This document shows positions 1-13,815 of a stretch of DNA of 64,000 nucleotides, piece after piece. Source of the stretch: Octopus vulgaris (Eukaryota). Under the pieces are notes generated by a model. The model had not been told where the DNA came from. It was given only the letters and a program-made list of their open reading frames with translations, and did not search any database. The stretch is taken from NCBI GenBank assembly GCA_951406725.2, contig OX597831.1, positions 35,898,001 to 35,962,000 of the forward strand, given 5' to 3'. Each line of letters starts with the position of its first letter. Position 1 is the stretch's first letter. Position numbers and translations under genes: made by a program.

Positions 1-54
1 TAATTAATTAATTAATCAGATATTACCTTGCAGTAATTAGTTATGTATCTCTGT

Positions 55-175
55 TTTCAGAGTTCAAGTCCAGCGGATGTTGACTTTACTTTCATTGCTG
101 CTTTGTTAAACTAAGTACCAGTCATATAAGGAGGTAGCTGTAATTGATTGTTTTCTCCTTTAAAATGTGTAGCCC
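55..175 (+). mobile_element. Degenerate SINE family D fragment
   Basis: gagttcaagtcc...gactttactttcat...ctaagtacca matches the family D consensus seen intact at 46530-46754. Confidence 0.5.
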
Positions 176-374
176 TTTGCCATGTTCTCTTTGGTCTGTT
201 TGTATATGTTGTGCAATTTGTATCCTGTATGTATGTATGTGTGTATGTACACTCTAAACGTACACACAAAGCAACTTACATATTGTTCACACTTTACTTA
301 CACGCAAGGGAACCAATATTTTTCTGTGTGTACTTTGCATACATACTTGGCAATGTTTTGTAAGCATCCTACAT

Positions 375-762
375 GGATGGAAGCCCTCCGTCAGTTACGA
401 CGATGAGGGTTCCGGTTGATCCATATCAACGGAACAGCCTGCTCATGAAATTAACGTGTAAGTGGCTGAGCACTCCACAGACACGTGCACCCTTAAGATA
501 GTTCTCAGGGATATTCAGCGTGACACAGAGAGTGACAAGGCCGGCCCCTTGAAATACAGGTACAACAGAAACAGGAAGTAAGAGTGAGAGAAAGTTGTGG
601 TGAAAGAGTACAGCAGGGATCACCACCATCCCCTGCCGGAGCCTCGTGGAGCTTTTAGGTGTTTTCGCTCAATAAACACTCACAACGCCCGGTCTGGGAA
701 TCGAAACCGCGATCCTATGACCGCGAGTCCGCTGCCCTAACCACTGGGCCATTGCGCCTCCA
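375..762 (-). mobile_element. tRNA-derived SINE family A, full length
   Basis: Minus-strand head with A box TGGCCCAGTGG and B box GGTTTCGATTCCC; 13-bp TSD AAGCATCCTACAT (362-374/763-775); homologous copy at 37560-37940. Confidence 0.9.
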
Positions 763-927
763 AAGCATCCTACATACATGTAATGCAACTAACCTCTTCT
801 CATTTTATGTACATACAGAGCAACTAACCTTTGCGTGTGAACCTTACTATAGCTAAAATTTCGTGTATACTTAACACACATATGAGGCATCCAAAAATTT
901 TGTATCAAATTATATAAAAATAGTAAA

Positions 928-1253
928 GGCCCTTTTTGTCACAAATGACCATGGGATTGTACCTAGAAAGTTCTCCTGCAAGGCATAAGTCTTTCTAAGG
1001 TTGTTTGCGGAAGACCAGCAGTCACCAATGCATACTGGTCTTCCCTCTACATGTCACTGATGTTCTCCAACAAAATAGCAAAGGCTGATACAGCTTGGCA
1101 CCAGTGATGTTGCAATCAATTTTTACAGGTGAGAGAACTGAAATGGCGTGAAATGAAATGTCTTGCTCAAGAACACAACACACAGCCCAGTCCAGGTATC
1201 AAAATCACAGCCTCATGATTGTAAACCCGATGCCCTAACCACTGAGCTATGCA
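928..1253 (-). mobile_element. tRNA-derived CORE-like SINE family E
   Basis: tRNA-like head plus tgtcttgctcaagaacacaacac core; homologous to 62360-62690 and 53360-53550. Confidence 0.75.
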
Positions 1254-1284
1254 ATGTTCATATTAGGCAACTATGTGCATGAGA

Positions 1285-1580
1285 ATACATACATAAAGCA
1301 TACAAATCTGCACATAAGTCCATCCATCCATCCATACATACATACACACATACACACATACACACATACACACATACATACATACACACATACATACAAA
1401 CATACATACATACATACATACATACACACATACATACATACAAACATACATACATACATACATACAGACATACATACATACATACATACATACATACAAA
1501 CATACATAGATACATACATACATACATACATACATACATACATACATACATACATACACACATACATACATACATACACA

Positions 1581-1612
<32 letters not shown>

Positions 1613-2170
1613 CATACATACAAACATACATACATACATACATACATACATACATACACACATACATACATACACACATACACACATACATACATACATA
1701 CATACAGACATACATACACACACACACATACATACACACATACATACATACATACATACATACATACATACATACATACATACATACACACATACATACA
1801 TACATACACACATACATACATACATACATACATACATACATACATACATAAATACATACATACAAACATACATACATACATACATACATACATACACACA
1901 TACATACATACACACACACACACATACATACATACATACAGACATACATACACACACACACATACATACACACATACATACATACACACACGCATACATA
2001 CATACATACATACATACAAACATACATACATACACACATACATACATACATACATACACACATACATACATACACACACACACACATACATACATACATA
2101 CATACATACATACATACATACATACATACATACATACATACATACATACATACATACATACATACATACA
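1285..2170. repeat. (CATA)n compound microsatellite, ~900 bp
   Basis: Direct reading; explains ORFs 1254-2297. Confidence 0.97.
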
Positions 2171-2296
2171 TAAATATCCTGTTGTTGATGTCGAAATTCC
2201 AATGAAGGAACCTTGGATCCGGGTTAGAAATCAGTTGAAATAAAACTGAAATAAAACTGAACAATGACCATACATAAATACCTACGTGCTCACACA

Positions 2297-2369
<73 letters not shown>

Positions 2370-2398
2370 CATGGGTGTATACCTCTATCAATCCCTCC

Positions 2399-2432
<34 letters not shown>
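2297..2432. repeat. (CTAT)n and (CT)n microsatellites
   Basis: Direct reading. Confidence 0.95.
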
Positions 2433-2436
<4 letters not shown>

Positions 2437-2692
2437 CTTATTCACATACACCCACACAGACACAAATAGAGAAGAGGATGATAAAATTAAAAACTCATTA
2501 GAGTGAATAATTAAAACTGGATCAGTCTAAACACGTTTGATGTCATTATTGTTTATGTTAGTCAATGTCACGCCGGTGAAGCTCAGCAAATTAAAAGTTG
2601 TTGTGAGACTACCCCTCCATCTACAGGTAGAAACAGTAACTGGATGACAGGAGAGCAGGAGTTGGGGGGAGAAGATGCACTGATTTTACATA

Positions 2693-2735
2693 TGATGATG
2701 GGGGAAGAAGGAATCGATGATCATGATGATGATGT

Positions 2736-2785
<50 letters not shown>

Positions 2786-3005
2786 TTGACAACGACGATG
2801 AGGATGTGTAGGATGATGATAATTAGGATGATGATGATGATGATATGTAGGATAATGATGATGAAGATGATGATGATGATGATGATGATGATTATGATAA
2901 TGATGATGATAATGACGTGTAGGATGATGATGATGATGTTGATGATGATGATTAGGATGTTGATGATGATGATGTATAGAATGATAATGATGATTAGGAT
3001 GATGT
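2693..3005. repeat. (ATG)n microsatellite
   Basis: Direct reading. Confidence 0.95.
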
Positions 3006-3174
3006 TTCCAAGTAAGGTTAAGTTAATTCATGACCAGACATGATTCCATGGAAGATTGGAAGTGAGGGACACTCTGTATGATGGTGGAACTTGTTTACAA
3101 CTGTCAACAGAAGGAGACACTCACACACACAAACACACACATGCATGCATGCACATATGCATATATACATATGC

Positions 3175-3325
3175 AACAGACTTGTTTCAGCTTCCGGCTA
3201 CAAAAAGCTTTGGTTGGCTCAGAGCTATAGTTTCAGATACTTGCCCAAGGTGTCATGCAGTGGGACCGAACCTGAAACCATGTGGTAGGGAATCAAACTT
3301 CTCAACCACCCAACCGTGCCTGCAC
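3175..3325 (-). mobile_element. SINE family B, 5' half
   Basis: Reverse complement of the family B head (acttgcccaagg, gtgggaccgaacc, accatgtgg). Confidence 0.8.
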
Positions 3326-3404
3326 CACACACAAACACACATGCACATGCACACACACACACACATACACACACATCCACACACACAAATATATATATAC
3401 ATAA

Positions 3405-3790
3405 GAATGGCTGTGTGGTTAGGAAGCTTGATTCCCAGCCACAGAGTTTTGGGTTCAGTCACACTGCGTGGTACCTTGGGCAAGTGTCTTCTAATTTAGC
3501 CCTGGGCAGACCAAAGCCTTGTGGGTGAATTTGGTAGACGGAAACTGAAAGAAACCTGTCATAAATATAAATATTATCCATGTGTTTGTGTCTATGTAAG
3601 TCATCTGTTATCACTTGGCTATCAGCATTGGTGTATTTAAGTACGCCTAACTTAGCAGCTCAGCAAAAGAGACCGATAGAATAAGTACGAGGATCCAAAA
3701 AGGTAGCGGGGTTGATTCAATCGATTAAAAATTGCTCAAGAGGGTGCTCCAGCATGGCCACAGTCTTATGACTGAGACATGTAAAAGAAA
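3405..3790 (+). mobile_element. SINE family B, full length
   Basis: A box TGGCTGTGTGG, B-box-like GGTTCAGTC, ccttgggcaagtgtctt core, 3' gtgctccagcatggccacagtc...gtaaaag tail. Confidence 0.85.
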
Positions 3791-4012
3791 ACTGTTAAAG
3801 AACAGCTGATACCAACAGGTAACTGGAACTCAATACAGGGTGTCGGTCAATATCCAATCATTGTCAAGCTGACTTTACAGAGAAAATGGTTTCTAGCCGG
3901 AGGCTGACTGTATATGTGTGTGTGTCTATGTGTGTGTGTATGTGTGTGTGTGTGTATGTGTGTGTGTGTGTGTGTGTGTTAGTGTGTGCATGTGCATACA
4001 CACATATATATA

Positions 4013-4596
4013 TTTTTCTTTATTGCCCACAGGGGGCTAAACACAGAGCGGACAAACAAGGGCAGACAAAGGGATTAAATCGATTACATCGACCCCAGTG
4101 TGTAACTGGTACTTTATTTATCGACCCCGAAAGGATGAAAGGCAAAGTCGACCTCGGTGGAATTTGAACTCAGAACGTAGCCGCAGACGAAATATCTATT
4201 TCTTTATTACCCACAAGAGGCTAAATATAGAGAGGACAAACAAGGACAGACAAAGGGATTAAGTCGATTACATCGACCCCAGTGCATAACTGCTACTTAA
4301 TTTATTGACCCCAAAAGGATGAAAGGCAAAGTCGACCTTGGCGGAATTTGAACTCAGAATGTAAAGACAGAGAAAATGCCACTAAGCATTTTGCCCAGTG
4401 TGCCAACGTTTTTGCCAGCTTGCTTCAAGGCAAAAGTTATCATCGTGTGTACACAGTGTGTAACTGGTACTTAATTTATCGACCTCTAAAGGATGAAAAG
4501 CAAAGTCGACCTCTGCGGAATTTGAACTCAGAAAGTAATGGCAGACGAAATGCCGCTAAGCATTTTGCCCGGTGTGCTAACGCTTCTGCCAGCTCG
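4013..4596 (-). mobile_element. SINE family D, three tandem units
   Basis: Three repeats of aaggatgaaaggcaaagtcgacctcggcggaatttgaactcagaa. Confidence 0.85.
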
Positions 4597-5659
4597 CACA
4601 CACATGTGTGTGTCAGCCTCCTAACACAAATGTGTACTGAGCTACATACTTTATTAGTAAGTGGTTTGAGCTCTGTAAAAAACTTAAATGCATGCATAAA
4701 TACCTATACACACACGCATGCATATACAGAAAGACACATACATAGAGAACCACTAAGACACATACATAAATATGAATACAAAAATCCTTCGAATATTCAT
4801 AAATATAAAATATTTTTAGTTTGGATAGAATTCAGTAATTTACAACAAAATGTGTTAAAATTCCTTCAGCAGAACAGATTAAGCATGACACATCACCCAC
4901 ACACACGTGCACACACAGAGACTTTGCGATTTCACTTCCAGTCTCTTAAACTGTTAAATATCTTCGCATACATTTGACATTTGACTTTATAAAAGAATAA
5001 CTTCTTGGTAAATTTTATTGAAAATTGATTTTATTTTATTATCTTTTACGAAAATAAATTCTTGTTTATGTTTTTCTTAATATATTTTTAAAAAAATCTT
5101 TTTTTTAATATTGTACTTCTCACTTTCTATAAGCCATAATTATTCAACGGTAGCTAGACAAATTAGACATTTACCATTCTAACCCAATAGTCAGAAGAAA
5201 GAATCGTGGTGGAGCCAAAATAATTCTCTGCTTAGGGCGCCAAATCATATTTGTAACATGGAACATCAGAGAAAAAAAACGCCAAAAAACAAAAAATAAT
5301 AACAATAGGAACAAAATTAACAAAAACACAATGAATACTAGAACTAATAAATAAAAAATTCGAAGAATAATATGGAATTGGAATTAGCATTTATTTGGTA
5401 TGATTGCTGTGTTTTTTTTTTGTTTTTATTATATTAAGTTGCTTTCTCTTTTGTAATTTTTCTTAAAATTTTATTTTTAGTTTTTCATAGAATTTGAAAT
5501 GTTGGTTTTACTGGTGACAGATTTTATTAAAGAAAGGTTACAACAAGATCCATCTATTTCAATTCTGCAGTTCAGAGAATTGAAATTTGTTTAAGGTTAA
5601 AGGACAAACAGAATCACATGCTAAAATTGTAAATGTCTTGAATTTCTGAAGTCGAACTG

Positions 5660-5747
5660 TATATACGTGTGTGTGTGTGTGTATGTATATATATATATAT
5701 GTATATGTTTATATATACATGTATATATGTATAAATATGTATATATA

Positions 5748-5805
<58 letters not shown>

Positions 5806-6398
5806 AATATATAAAGTGTATGTGTGGGTGTATGTGTGTATGTGTGTGTGTGTAAGTGTTTGTGTGTGTGTATGTGTGCATGTGTATGTGTGTGCATGCA
5901 TTACTCTTTCAAAAATAGTTTAGATTTTTATATCTTGGAGACTATTTATACACACACATACATATATAACATATATGCAACACACACACAACCACACTGT
6001 ATATATATGTTAAATATACATACATAAATTTGTAAGATTAAGAGTGAATTTGTATGAAAGTGTGTGTGTGTGTGTAATATATATGTATATGCATACAGAC
6101 TTACATAGAAACTCTAACACACATCACTCACATATATGCATACATATATATACATATATGTATATATACACATATACATACATACACATGCACGCACACA
6201 CACACACACATACACACACACACATATATACACACATACATACAAACATACACACACATATGCATACATACACATACACATACATGTGTGTGAGTGTAAA
6301 TGTATGTGTATACATTCAGATGTGTTCATACACGCACTCACACATTGTTCACTCCATATCAATGCAAACTCAATTTTTTTTGCAACTTTAGCATTTTA

Positions 6399-6433
<35 letters not shown>

Positions 6434-6435
6434 AC

Positions 6436-6469
<34 letters not shown>

Positions 6470-6728
6470 TTATCTATCCATTCCCACAAACGCATACACA
6501 TGAAGTCACACACACACACACACACCATTCTGGTTTTTTTTTTTCCTGCCAATATCAATGTCAGCTCAAATTTACACTCAATATTAATTCAATCAATAAA
6601 ATAGTTAACTTTGAAATGCCTTGCCAAACTCTTGAATTCAGAGAATAGCAAGATGCTTGTATAGGTTAAAAAAATGACTTACTAGAACTGCTTAAAAGAA
6701 TTCCATTGCATTATAGTTCTCTCAAGAA

Positions 6729-6782
<54 letters not shown>

Positions 6783-6955
6783 ATGTATGTATGTATGTAT
6801 ATATATATATAGATAGATAGATAGATGTATATATATATGCATACATATATATATATATACACACACATATATATGTATGTATATATATACATACATACAC
6901 ACACATACATATATATAATATATATATATATATGTATACATATGTATATATATAT

Positions 6956-6989
<34 letters not shown>

Positions 6990-6999
6990 GAATGTATAC

Positions 7000-7092
<93 letters not shown>

Positions 7093-7100
7093 CACACACA
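5660..7100. repeat. (TA)n/(CA)n/(TG)n compound microsatellite field
   Basis: Direct reading. Confidence 0.9.
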
Positions 7101-8199
7101 GACGTACAACAATGAATTTCTAAAACATTTTGGATATAAAGTTTTTTACATCTTCATTTTTTAACATGATTTTTTTTTTTTTATCACAATTTTCTTTACA
7201 AATTTGCCAGTAGAAGCTGAATAAAAAGTTAGACATACACATAAAACTATATATATAAAGACACTAAGGGCACATATATATTTTCACACACTCATATATA
7301 TATATATATGGTCTTATAGTATCACACATCAGTAGTGGTCACAAGGTAGCTTGATTTAAAAGAAAGAAGTCTGGCAATATCTCACAGTGCTATGTTATTC
7401 ATTGAAATACATTTCTGAGTTACAGTTGACATTAACCTTAGTATTGTTCACTTTCTTTATATTAACTTAGTTTTAAATATGGAAAAATTCTATCTTACCT
7501 TAAAACTATTAAAAGATAATCTTATTAAAGATTGAAATTGTGCACACACCTTACTATTCTAACAAACTTAAAAATACACAAGATCATCAAAAATTTTTAG
7601 ATTTTTACATAAATAAATATATGTATCTATACATACACACACACACATACACACACACACACACATGCACACACATATAGATGCATATAAACATACATAT
7701 AGGTATTTATTCATGTACACATCTATGCATATGTGCTTTTGCTCACAATATTGTTTTGTATGATTTATTCTTATCTCCAGCACTGTAAGCATTAACTATG
7801 CTTATATTATAATCCCATAAGATTCTATGTAATCTAATTATTATTCATTATGATATTTAAGCATTCTACTTGATGCTTATCATAAAAAAAATAATTTGTG
7901 TTTGATTTTTCTTAAATGTCTGAAGATCAGCAATGAGATGCTTAGAAACTTGAACATTTTCATCTCCCAATAATTCATATCATTCTACATTCTGTATAGC
8001 ATATCCTATTTTATTCATCTTATACACAGCTATATATATAGACACACACATGGAACTAATAAAATCGTACTCTTTCTATTGTGCAAAGCCTGTATTCTTT
8101 TTACTCGATCAATGAATGGTCTCGATATCTTTTAAGAATCTTCTATCTGATGTTGAAGTCAGAGCTTCATTCCTTTGTTGAAAATTTTGCATGCTGTTT

Positions 8200-8555
8200 T
8201 GTGCCGGTGACACGTGAAAAAACATTCAAGCGAGGTCACTGCCAGTGCTGCTGTACTGGCTCCTGTGCAGATGATACATAAAAAACAGCATCTGAGCATG
8301 GCCATTGCCAGTACTGACTGTCTGACCCTCGTGCCAGTGGCATGTAAAAGCACCCACTACACTCTCGGAGTGGTTGGTGTTATGAAGAGCATCCAGCTGT
8401 AGAAACTCTGCCAAATCAGACAAGAGCCTGATGGAATAAGTACTAGGCTTCAAAAAAATTAATTCCTAGGGTCGATTTATTTGACTACAATCTTTCAAAA
8501 TGGTGCTCCAGCATGGCCCCAGAGAAAATGACTGAAACAAGTAAAAGAATAAAGG
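8200..8555 (+). mobile_element. SINE family C fragment joined to a family B 3' end
   Basis: aaaagcacccactacactctcggagtggttgg...catccagctgtagaaac, then gaataagtactaggc...gactgaaacaagtaaaag. Confidence 0.7.
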
Positions 8556-8674
8556 AAATATATATGTATATATATAAATACATAAGTTCACATATACATA
8601 TCTATCCATCTATGAGTAATTATGTGTGTGCCTGTATGCATAAGTCTGTGTGTGTGTGTGAATGTATGTATGAA

Positions 8675-8960
8675 TTGAATGCAGTACTTAAGGTGTTGGC
8701 CTTACAATCAGAAAATCTTAGTTTCAATTCCTAAACCAGGCAGTATGTTGTCTCCTCATGCAAGGCACATCCTTTCATATTGCTCGCTCCAGTTCCCTCT
8801 GCTAAAAGTTTGTACCAACCAATTGTTTGTGCAGCCCTTTTTTCCTTCCAGCTGTCACAGTTTTGATGTTCCATTGGATCAGAATGTCAAAGTGCCAAAA
8901 TGGTGCCTACGCGTACATGTAAATTCATAGGCACTTAGAATAATTACAGAAGTACGGTAC
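8675..8960 (+). mobile_element. Old tRNA/CORE-like SINE, degenerate
   Basis: Decayed tRNA head (gtttcaattcc), gcaaggcac...gctccagt core resembling family E. Confidence 0.45.
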
Positions 8961-9264
8961 AAAACTATCAAACCATACTTGTTTGTGAGTGATTGGCTAA
9001 GAATACAATACATACATACAATGTTCAGTAGTTATAGTACAGAAGCCATCGACTACTAATAGGTTAAAAGCTATACAAAGTGGTTGGGAACTTATTATCA
9101 AACACGGTGGACTTATACACTTTTTTTATACCAAGAAAGTCATTAGTCTGGACACATAAGAAGAAGTGGTTACTTCTGCTCGTGCTATGATCATTCAGGG
9201 TGAAAGAGTTTTATCATAATTTTTCTATTAGTATGAAGTATAAATATCATATACGATGTGTATA

Positions 9265-9327
<63 letters not shown>

Positions 9328-9879
9328 ATGCACACATATATATATATGTGTATTTAGCTATAGAAATATATATGTATGTATAAATGTATCTATGTATGTG
9401 TCTATCTACCTGCATACATACACACACAAAGCACATACATCAGATGCATACATAGAGACATTTCTATGCAACAATACACACACACTCACACTCACACACA
9501 CAAACACACATGCACACACACACGCACACACACACACACCAACACATTCACCCATTCATCTGTCAGTTTAGAGGCAGCTAAGCCTGTCACTGGAAGTTAA
9601 TTTTGATAGATGAAATATTTAAGTGTTCAAACATTTTACTAATAAGATTCAGGCCTACCAGTTTTATCAGCTTCATTTATACAATCTCCTTAAAATATTT
9701 AACCCCCTGAAAATAAATGATAAATGAAGAGAATCACATTTGAAGTATGTACGTATGTATGATTGTCTTCTCTTTCTTTTTTTTTAATTTAAAGTAAATT
9801 TTTGACCAGACACTGACTTGGTAGTAAGGTGGTGAAGGAAAATATCATGATTTAACCATCATGATTTAACCATTCTTTG

Positions 9880-10085
9880 AATCTTTAGACGGTCTTGTAG
9901 ATTTTATGGTCCTTGATATCGTGATCGTTCATAGCATATGAATTAAGGATTTGCATTCTCTCCAAGTTCAGCCATACTTGGCTCCAGATGGGCCGGTATG
10001 TATCCTGTTGCTCCAATAATAATAAGGATGAAGCTGAAAGTGTATCTTGGGTCCTGGATTTGCAACCTCCTTATCAATTGTCCAT
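9880..10085 (-). pseudogene. RLE-type non-LTR retrotransposon C-terminal fragment
   Basis: Translates GQLIRRLQIQDPRYTFSFILIIIGATGYIP, similar to the fragment at 10708-10925. Confidence 0.6.
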
Positions 10086-10497
10086 AGACGTAGGAGTGGT
10101 TGTGTGGTGACTAGCTTGCTTACGAACCACACGGTTCCAGGTTCAGTCCCACTGCATAGCACCTTGAGCAAGTGTCTTCTACTAGAGCCTCGGGCCAACC
10201 AAAGCCTTGTGAGTGGATTTGGTAGATGGAAACTGAAAGAAGCCCATCGTATATATGTATATATATGTGTGTGTGTGTATATGTTTGTGTGTCTGTGCTT
10301 GTCCCCCCAATGTCACTTAACAACCAATGGTGGTGTGTTTACATCCCCATAACTTAACGGTTCGGCAAAAAAAAAACGATAGAATAAGTACTAGGCATCC
10401 AAAGAATAAGTGCTGGGGTCGATTTGCTCGACTAAAGGTGGTGCTCCAGCATGGCCACAGTTAAGTGACTGAAACAAGTAAAAGAGCAAAGAGTAGA
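10086..10497 (+). mobile_element. SINE family B, full length with internal (TA)/(TG) tract
   Basis: Complete head, core, microsatellite spacer and tail. Confidence 0.9.
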
Positions 10498-10504
10498 GAG
10501 AGAC

Positions 10505-10925
10505 GTTCTCTTTCTCTTGTATTTTTCTAACTACATTTATGTCCAGTGTATGTCTTGTCTGTTTTTAATCATTTAACTCCTTCCTCTAAAGAAGGAGCTA
10601 GTTTCTGACAAAGATACAAATCTCCATCATTAGAATGTAAATGATACAAACAATTTCACATTTTATACCTGAGAAAAGTCTTGCACAGGTAAGTATTTAC
10701 TTATAAAAAACCAAGCTCTCCAATTATTGTTGGTATAAGTGTAAATTTGTAATCTGGATATAGAAGCTGGAGATTTTGAAGCAGTTGTCTATAGTTATCT
10801 TCTTTCTCTTTGTTTTTCAAAGAGATCTTCACATCAGGAGGACAGCTCTTCTCTATGACAGTACATACTTTTTCTTGACTGTCTTAAACCACAATATCTG
10901 GCCTGTTATGTATACACTTGACAAA
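10505..10925 (-). pseudogene. RLE non-LTR retrotransposon 3' fragment (PD-(D/E)xK endonuclease) and 3'UTR
   Basis: Translates CIHNRPDIVV*DSQEKVCTVIEKSCPPDVKISLKNKEKEDNYRQLLQNLQLLYPDYKFTLIPTIIGELGF. Confidence 0.8.
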
Positions 10926-10933
10926 TGTTGTAT

Positions 10934-11122
10934 GTATGAGGTGGCATCAAAAGGTTCCTAGACTACTTATGTTTAATAAAATATAACTTATTGACCTAAG
11001 TTTTAATACCATCTCCTTCAAAATACTCACAGCAATACATTAGTTTTAGTGTTCTTACCACTTTTGGAATCTGGAGCTGTAAGTCATTTTCCATAAGCAA
11101 GTTAAAGACCTTCTTGGATTTC
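10934..11122 (-). mobile_element. mariner 3' end relic
   Basis: TIR-like tatgaggtggcatcaaaaggttcc; minus strand gives FQKW...CIAV...EYFEGD C-terminus. Confidence 0.65.
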
Positions 11123-11354
11123 AAAAATGGAAATCTCAAAAAAGAAAAATGATTCAAAAATTTAAAAATGCAATAAATTCCATAATTTAAAAAAACGGTG
11201 GGAACTTAGTTGCCAACCCAATATATTCAAATTAAAATCCAAGGCTTATATCTAAACTTATTATTTTAGGAATATTACTATTCACAACAAAATAATAGGT
11301 AACAAACCAATAATTCAATGGATATTTTCTATCCCTTAAGGGCTTTTTAGCCTC

Positions 11355-11769
11355 TATGTAAATCTGTATCTATAAAAGGCAGGATGTGTGTGTGTGTGTA
11401 CGTGAATGTAATTTATGCACGCCCACAAATTAGCACGCATGTTGCTCCAATTTTAGGAGGACATTCGTCACCATCCTACCTGGGTTTTGTCAACTTATTT
11501 TATTCCCGAGGCACCCGAGGATAGCAGTAAAAATCTATTTTCAACCATAGCTTTTACCAATTTTGAAGGTTGCTAATATGAGTGAAATCCCTTCTAGCCA
11601 TAGCCAAGCGAAAGTGTGTGTGTGTGTGAGGGAGAGAGAGAAGTTGTGTGTTGATGTATGTGTGAGGGAGAGAGAGTGTTTTACAATGTCTAACAAAAAA
11701 ATAAAGAAAAAGTATGTGTCAGGGAGAGTGGGAGAGAGTTTGATAGCATCTAACAAAAAAAGGTAAAGA

Positions 11770-11829
<60 letters not shown>

Positions 11830-12140
11830 AAGAGACAGCGTTCATAAAAAATAAAATGTAAGATGTTTTGTTTTTTCATAAACACGAGATATAGTCTTCA
11901 AATTTAGGATGTTTTTGAAAGACACTATATTTTATTATCAGATTATATATACTTTCTCACACAACAATTAAAATATATGTATTTTAAATTGTTCATCTTT
12001 CTCCCCCTCTCTCTCACACATACACACATAACTTTGGGCGTGAAAGAGTTTTGTTTTTATTTTACGCTGAGGAAAAATGTTTTGTTGAGAATCCATTTAT
12101 TTAACAACAAAGGAACAAAGTGGTAGGTAACAATTTGTCA
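11355..12140 (+). mobile_element. Putative non-autonomous Helitron-like element
   Basis: 5' tctgtatctataaaag followed by (GT)n and atgcacgcccacaa...ccaattt, typical of Helitron-derived repeats; 3' end uncertain. Confidence 0.35.
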
Positions 12141-12369
12141 GTGAATTACACAATATAAATAGCTACAGTTTCCGAAGCTTCCACCACACCCCACTCCATT
12201 TTTCAGACCACAAAAAGGGTTTTGTAGCATATTAGGAGGCCAGAGTACTTGATTCCATGCAAAACAAACAATTTTTCTTATTAATGAAAATCGTGCGAGT
12301 GTTAATCTACAAATTTATCAACATTTTTTCCATTCATTTCTGTTTATGAACATGTATGTATGCAAAAAA

Positions 12370-12472
12370 ATCATATATGCAATAGGTGTATGTACATACG
12401 TGTGTGTATGTGTGTTCGTGTGTGTGTGTGTGTGTTGCCCATATATTATTTATATTATATTATATTATATAA

Positions 12473-12503
<31 letters not shown>

Positions 12504-12690
12504 ACATAAGTATGTATGTATGTGTCTCTGTATATATATATATGTATGTATGTGTATGTGTGTGTGTGCAGGTGTGTGCATGTGTGTGCATATATATATA
12601 TATATACACACACATATATATATTTATACATATTTATATGTGTGTGTGTGTTTGTGTATATATACGTATGTATATATATATATATGCGTG

Positions 12691-12724
<34 letters not shown>

Positions 12725-12786
12725 TATATATATTTATACATATTTATATGTGTGTGTGTTTGTGTATATATACGTATGTATATATA

Positions 12787-12838
<52 letters not shown>

Positions 12839-12841
12839 CAT

Positions 12842-12881
<40 letters not shown>

Positions 12882-13373
12882 GCATGTATACACAGTACAG
12901 TTAGCTCCTTATATATTTGAAAGTCACCAAGAAAAAATAAAAAAAACAAATACCTTATTTGTTGGTGGTTCATTAAACAAATCAGATTTTTTGTTAGAAA
13001 TCTTGACTGTTTTGCTAACATTTTGATTTTTTTTCCTTAGTTTTCTTTTAAAAAAGTTTATTATATGCTTACTATATTTGTGTTTGAAAGAATGGTTCCT
13101 GTACTGTGTTATTTCCGGAAGCCAGTATTCTGTGTCTGTCTGCTTGATCTGTCTGTTCGGCTGTTTGTTTGTTTGTGTGTGTGTTTATTTATTTATCAGT
13201 CTGTTTTCCTCTGAGTTTGTGTTTTTTTCTTTCACATTAATTTGATATGCAGTATTTTATCTATTTCCTGAATTGCTACCTGTTATGTATAAACAATTAC
13301 AGAACTTATTACAATCAGAATGTATTATTATGTGCACATACATATATACATACATACATACATATAAATACGC

Positions 13374-13407
<34 letters not shown>

Positions 13408-13569
13408 TTATGCATGTATTTGTATGTGTGTTCGTGTGTATATATATATATGTGTGTGTGTGTATTTGTATATATATGTATATATATAAGTATATATATG
13501 TATGTGTATATAAATATATATGTGCATATGAATATATATGTGTATATATATATGCATATATGTATATGT

Positions 13570-13604
<35 letters not shown>

Positions 13605-13812
13605 CATATAAATATACATATATATATATGTATATATATATGTGTGTGTGTGTATATATATATATTGATAGATAGACAGATATAAATAGAAAGATTGATA
13701 TACAGACATCTTCATATGTCTGTGAATGTATAACAATCCTTCTATAGGTCAATGTATAATGTGTGTGTGTGTCTATGTATGTGTATATGTGTGTGTGTGA
13801 GTGTATGTATGT
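12370..13812. repeat. (TA)n/(TG)n compound microsatellite field
   Basis: Direct reading; includes an internal ~110-bp duplication near 12610-12800. Confidence 0.88.
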
Positions 13813-13815
13813 ATA

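Noticed and set aside
1254-2297. 300+ aa ORFs on both strands (YIHT/MYVC repeats)
   Set aside because: Translations of (CATA)n, which lacks stop codons; same for all YI/CV/HT-rich ORFs
5481-5594. Possible terminal exon after ttatttttag (FFIEFEMLVLLVTDFIKERLQQDPSISILQFRELKFV*)
   Set aside because: Short, no recognisable homology, no partner exons; expected by chance
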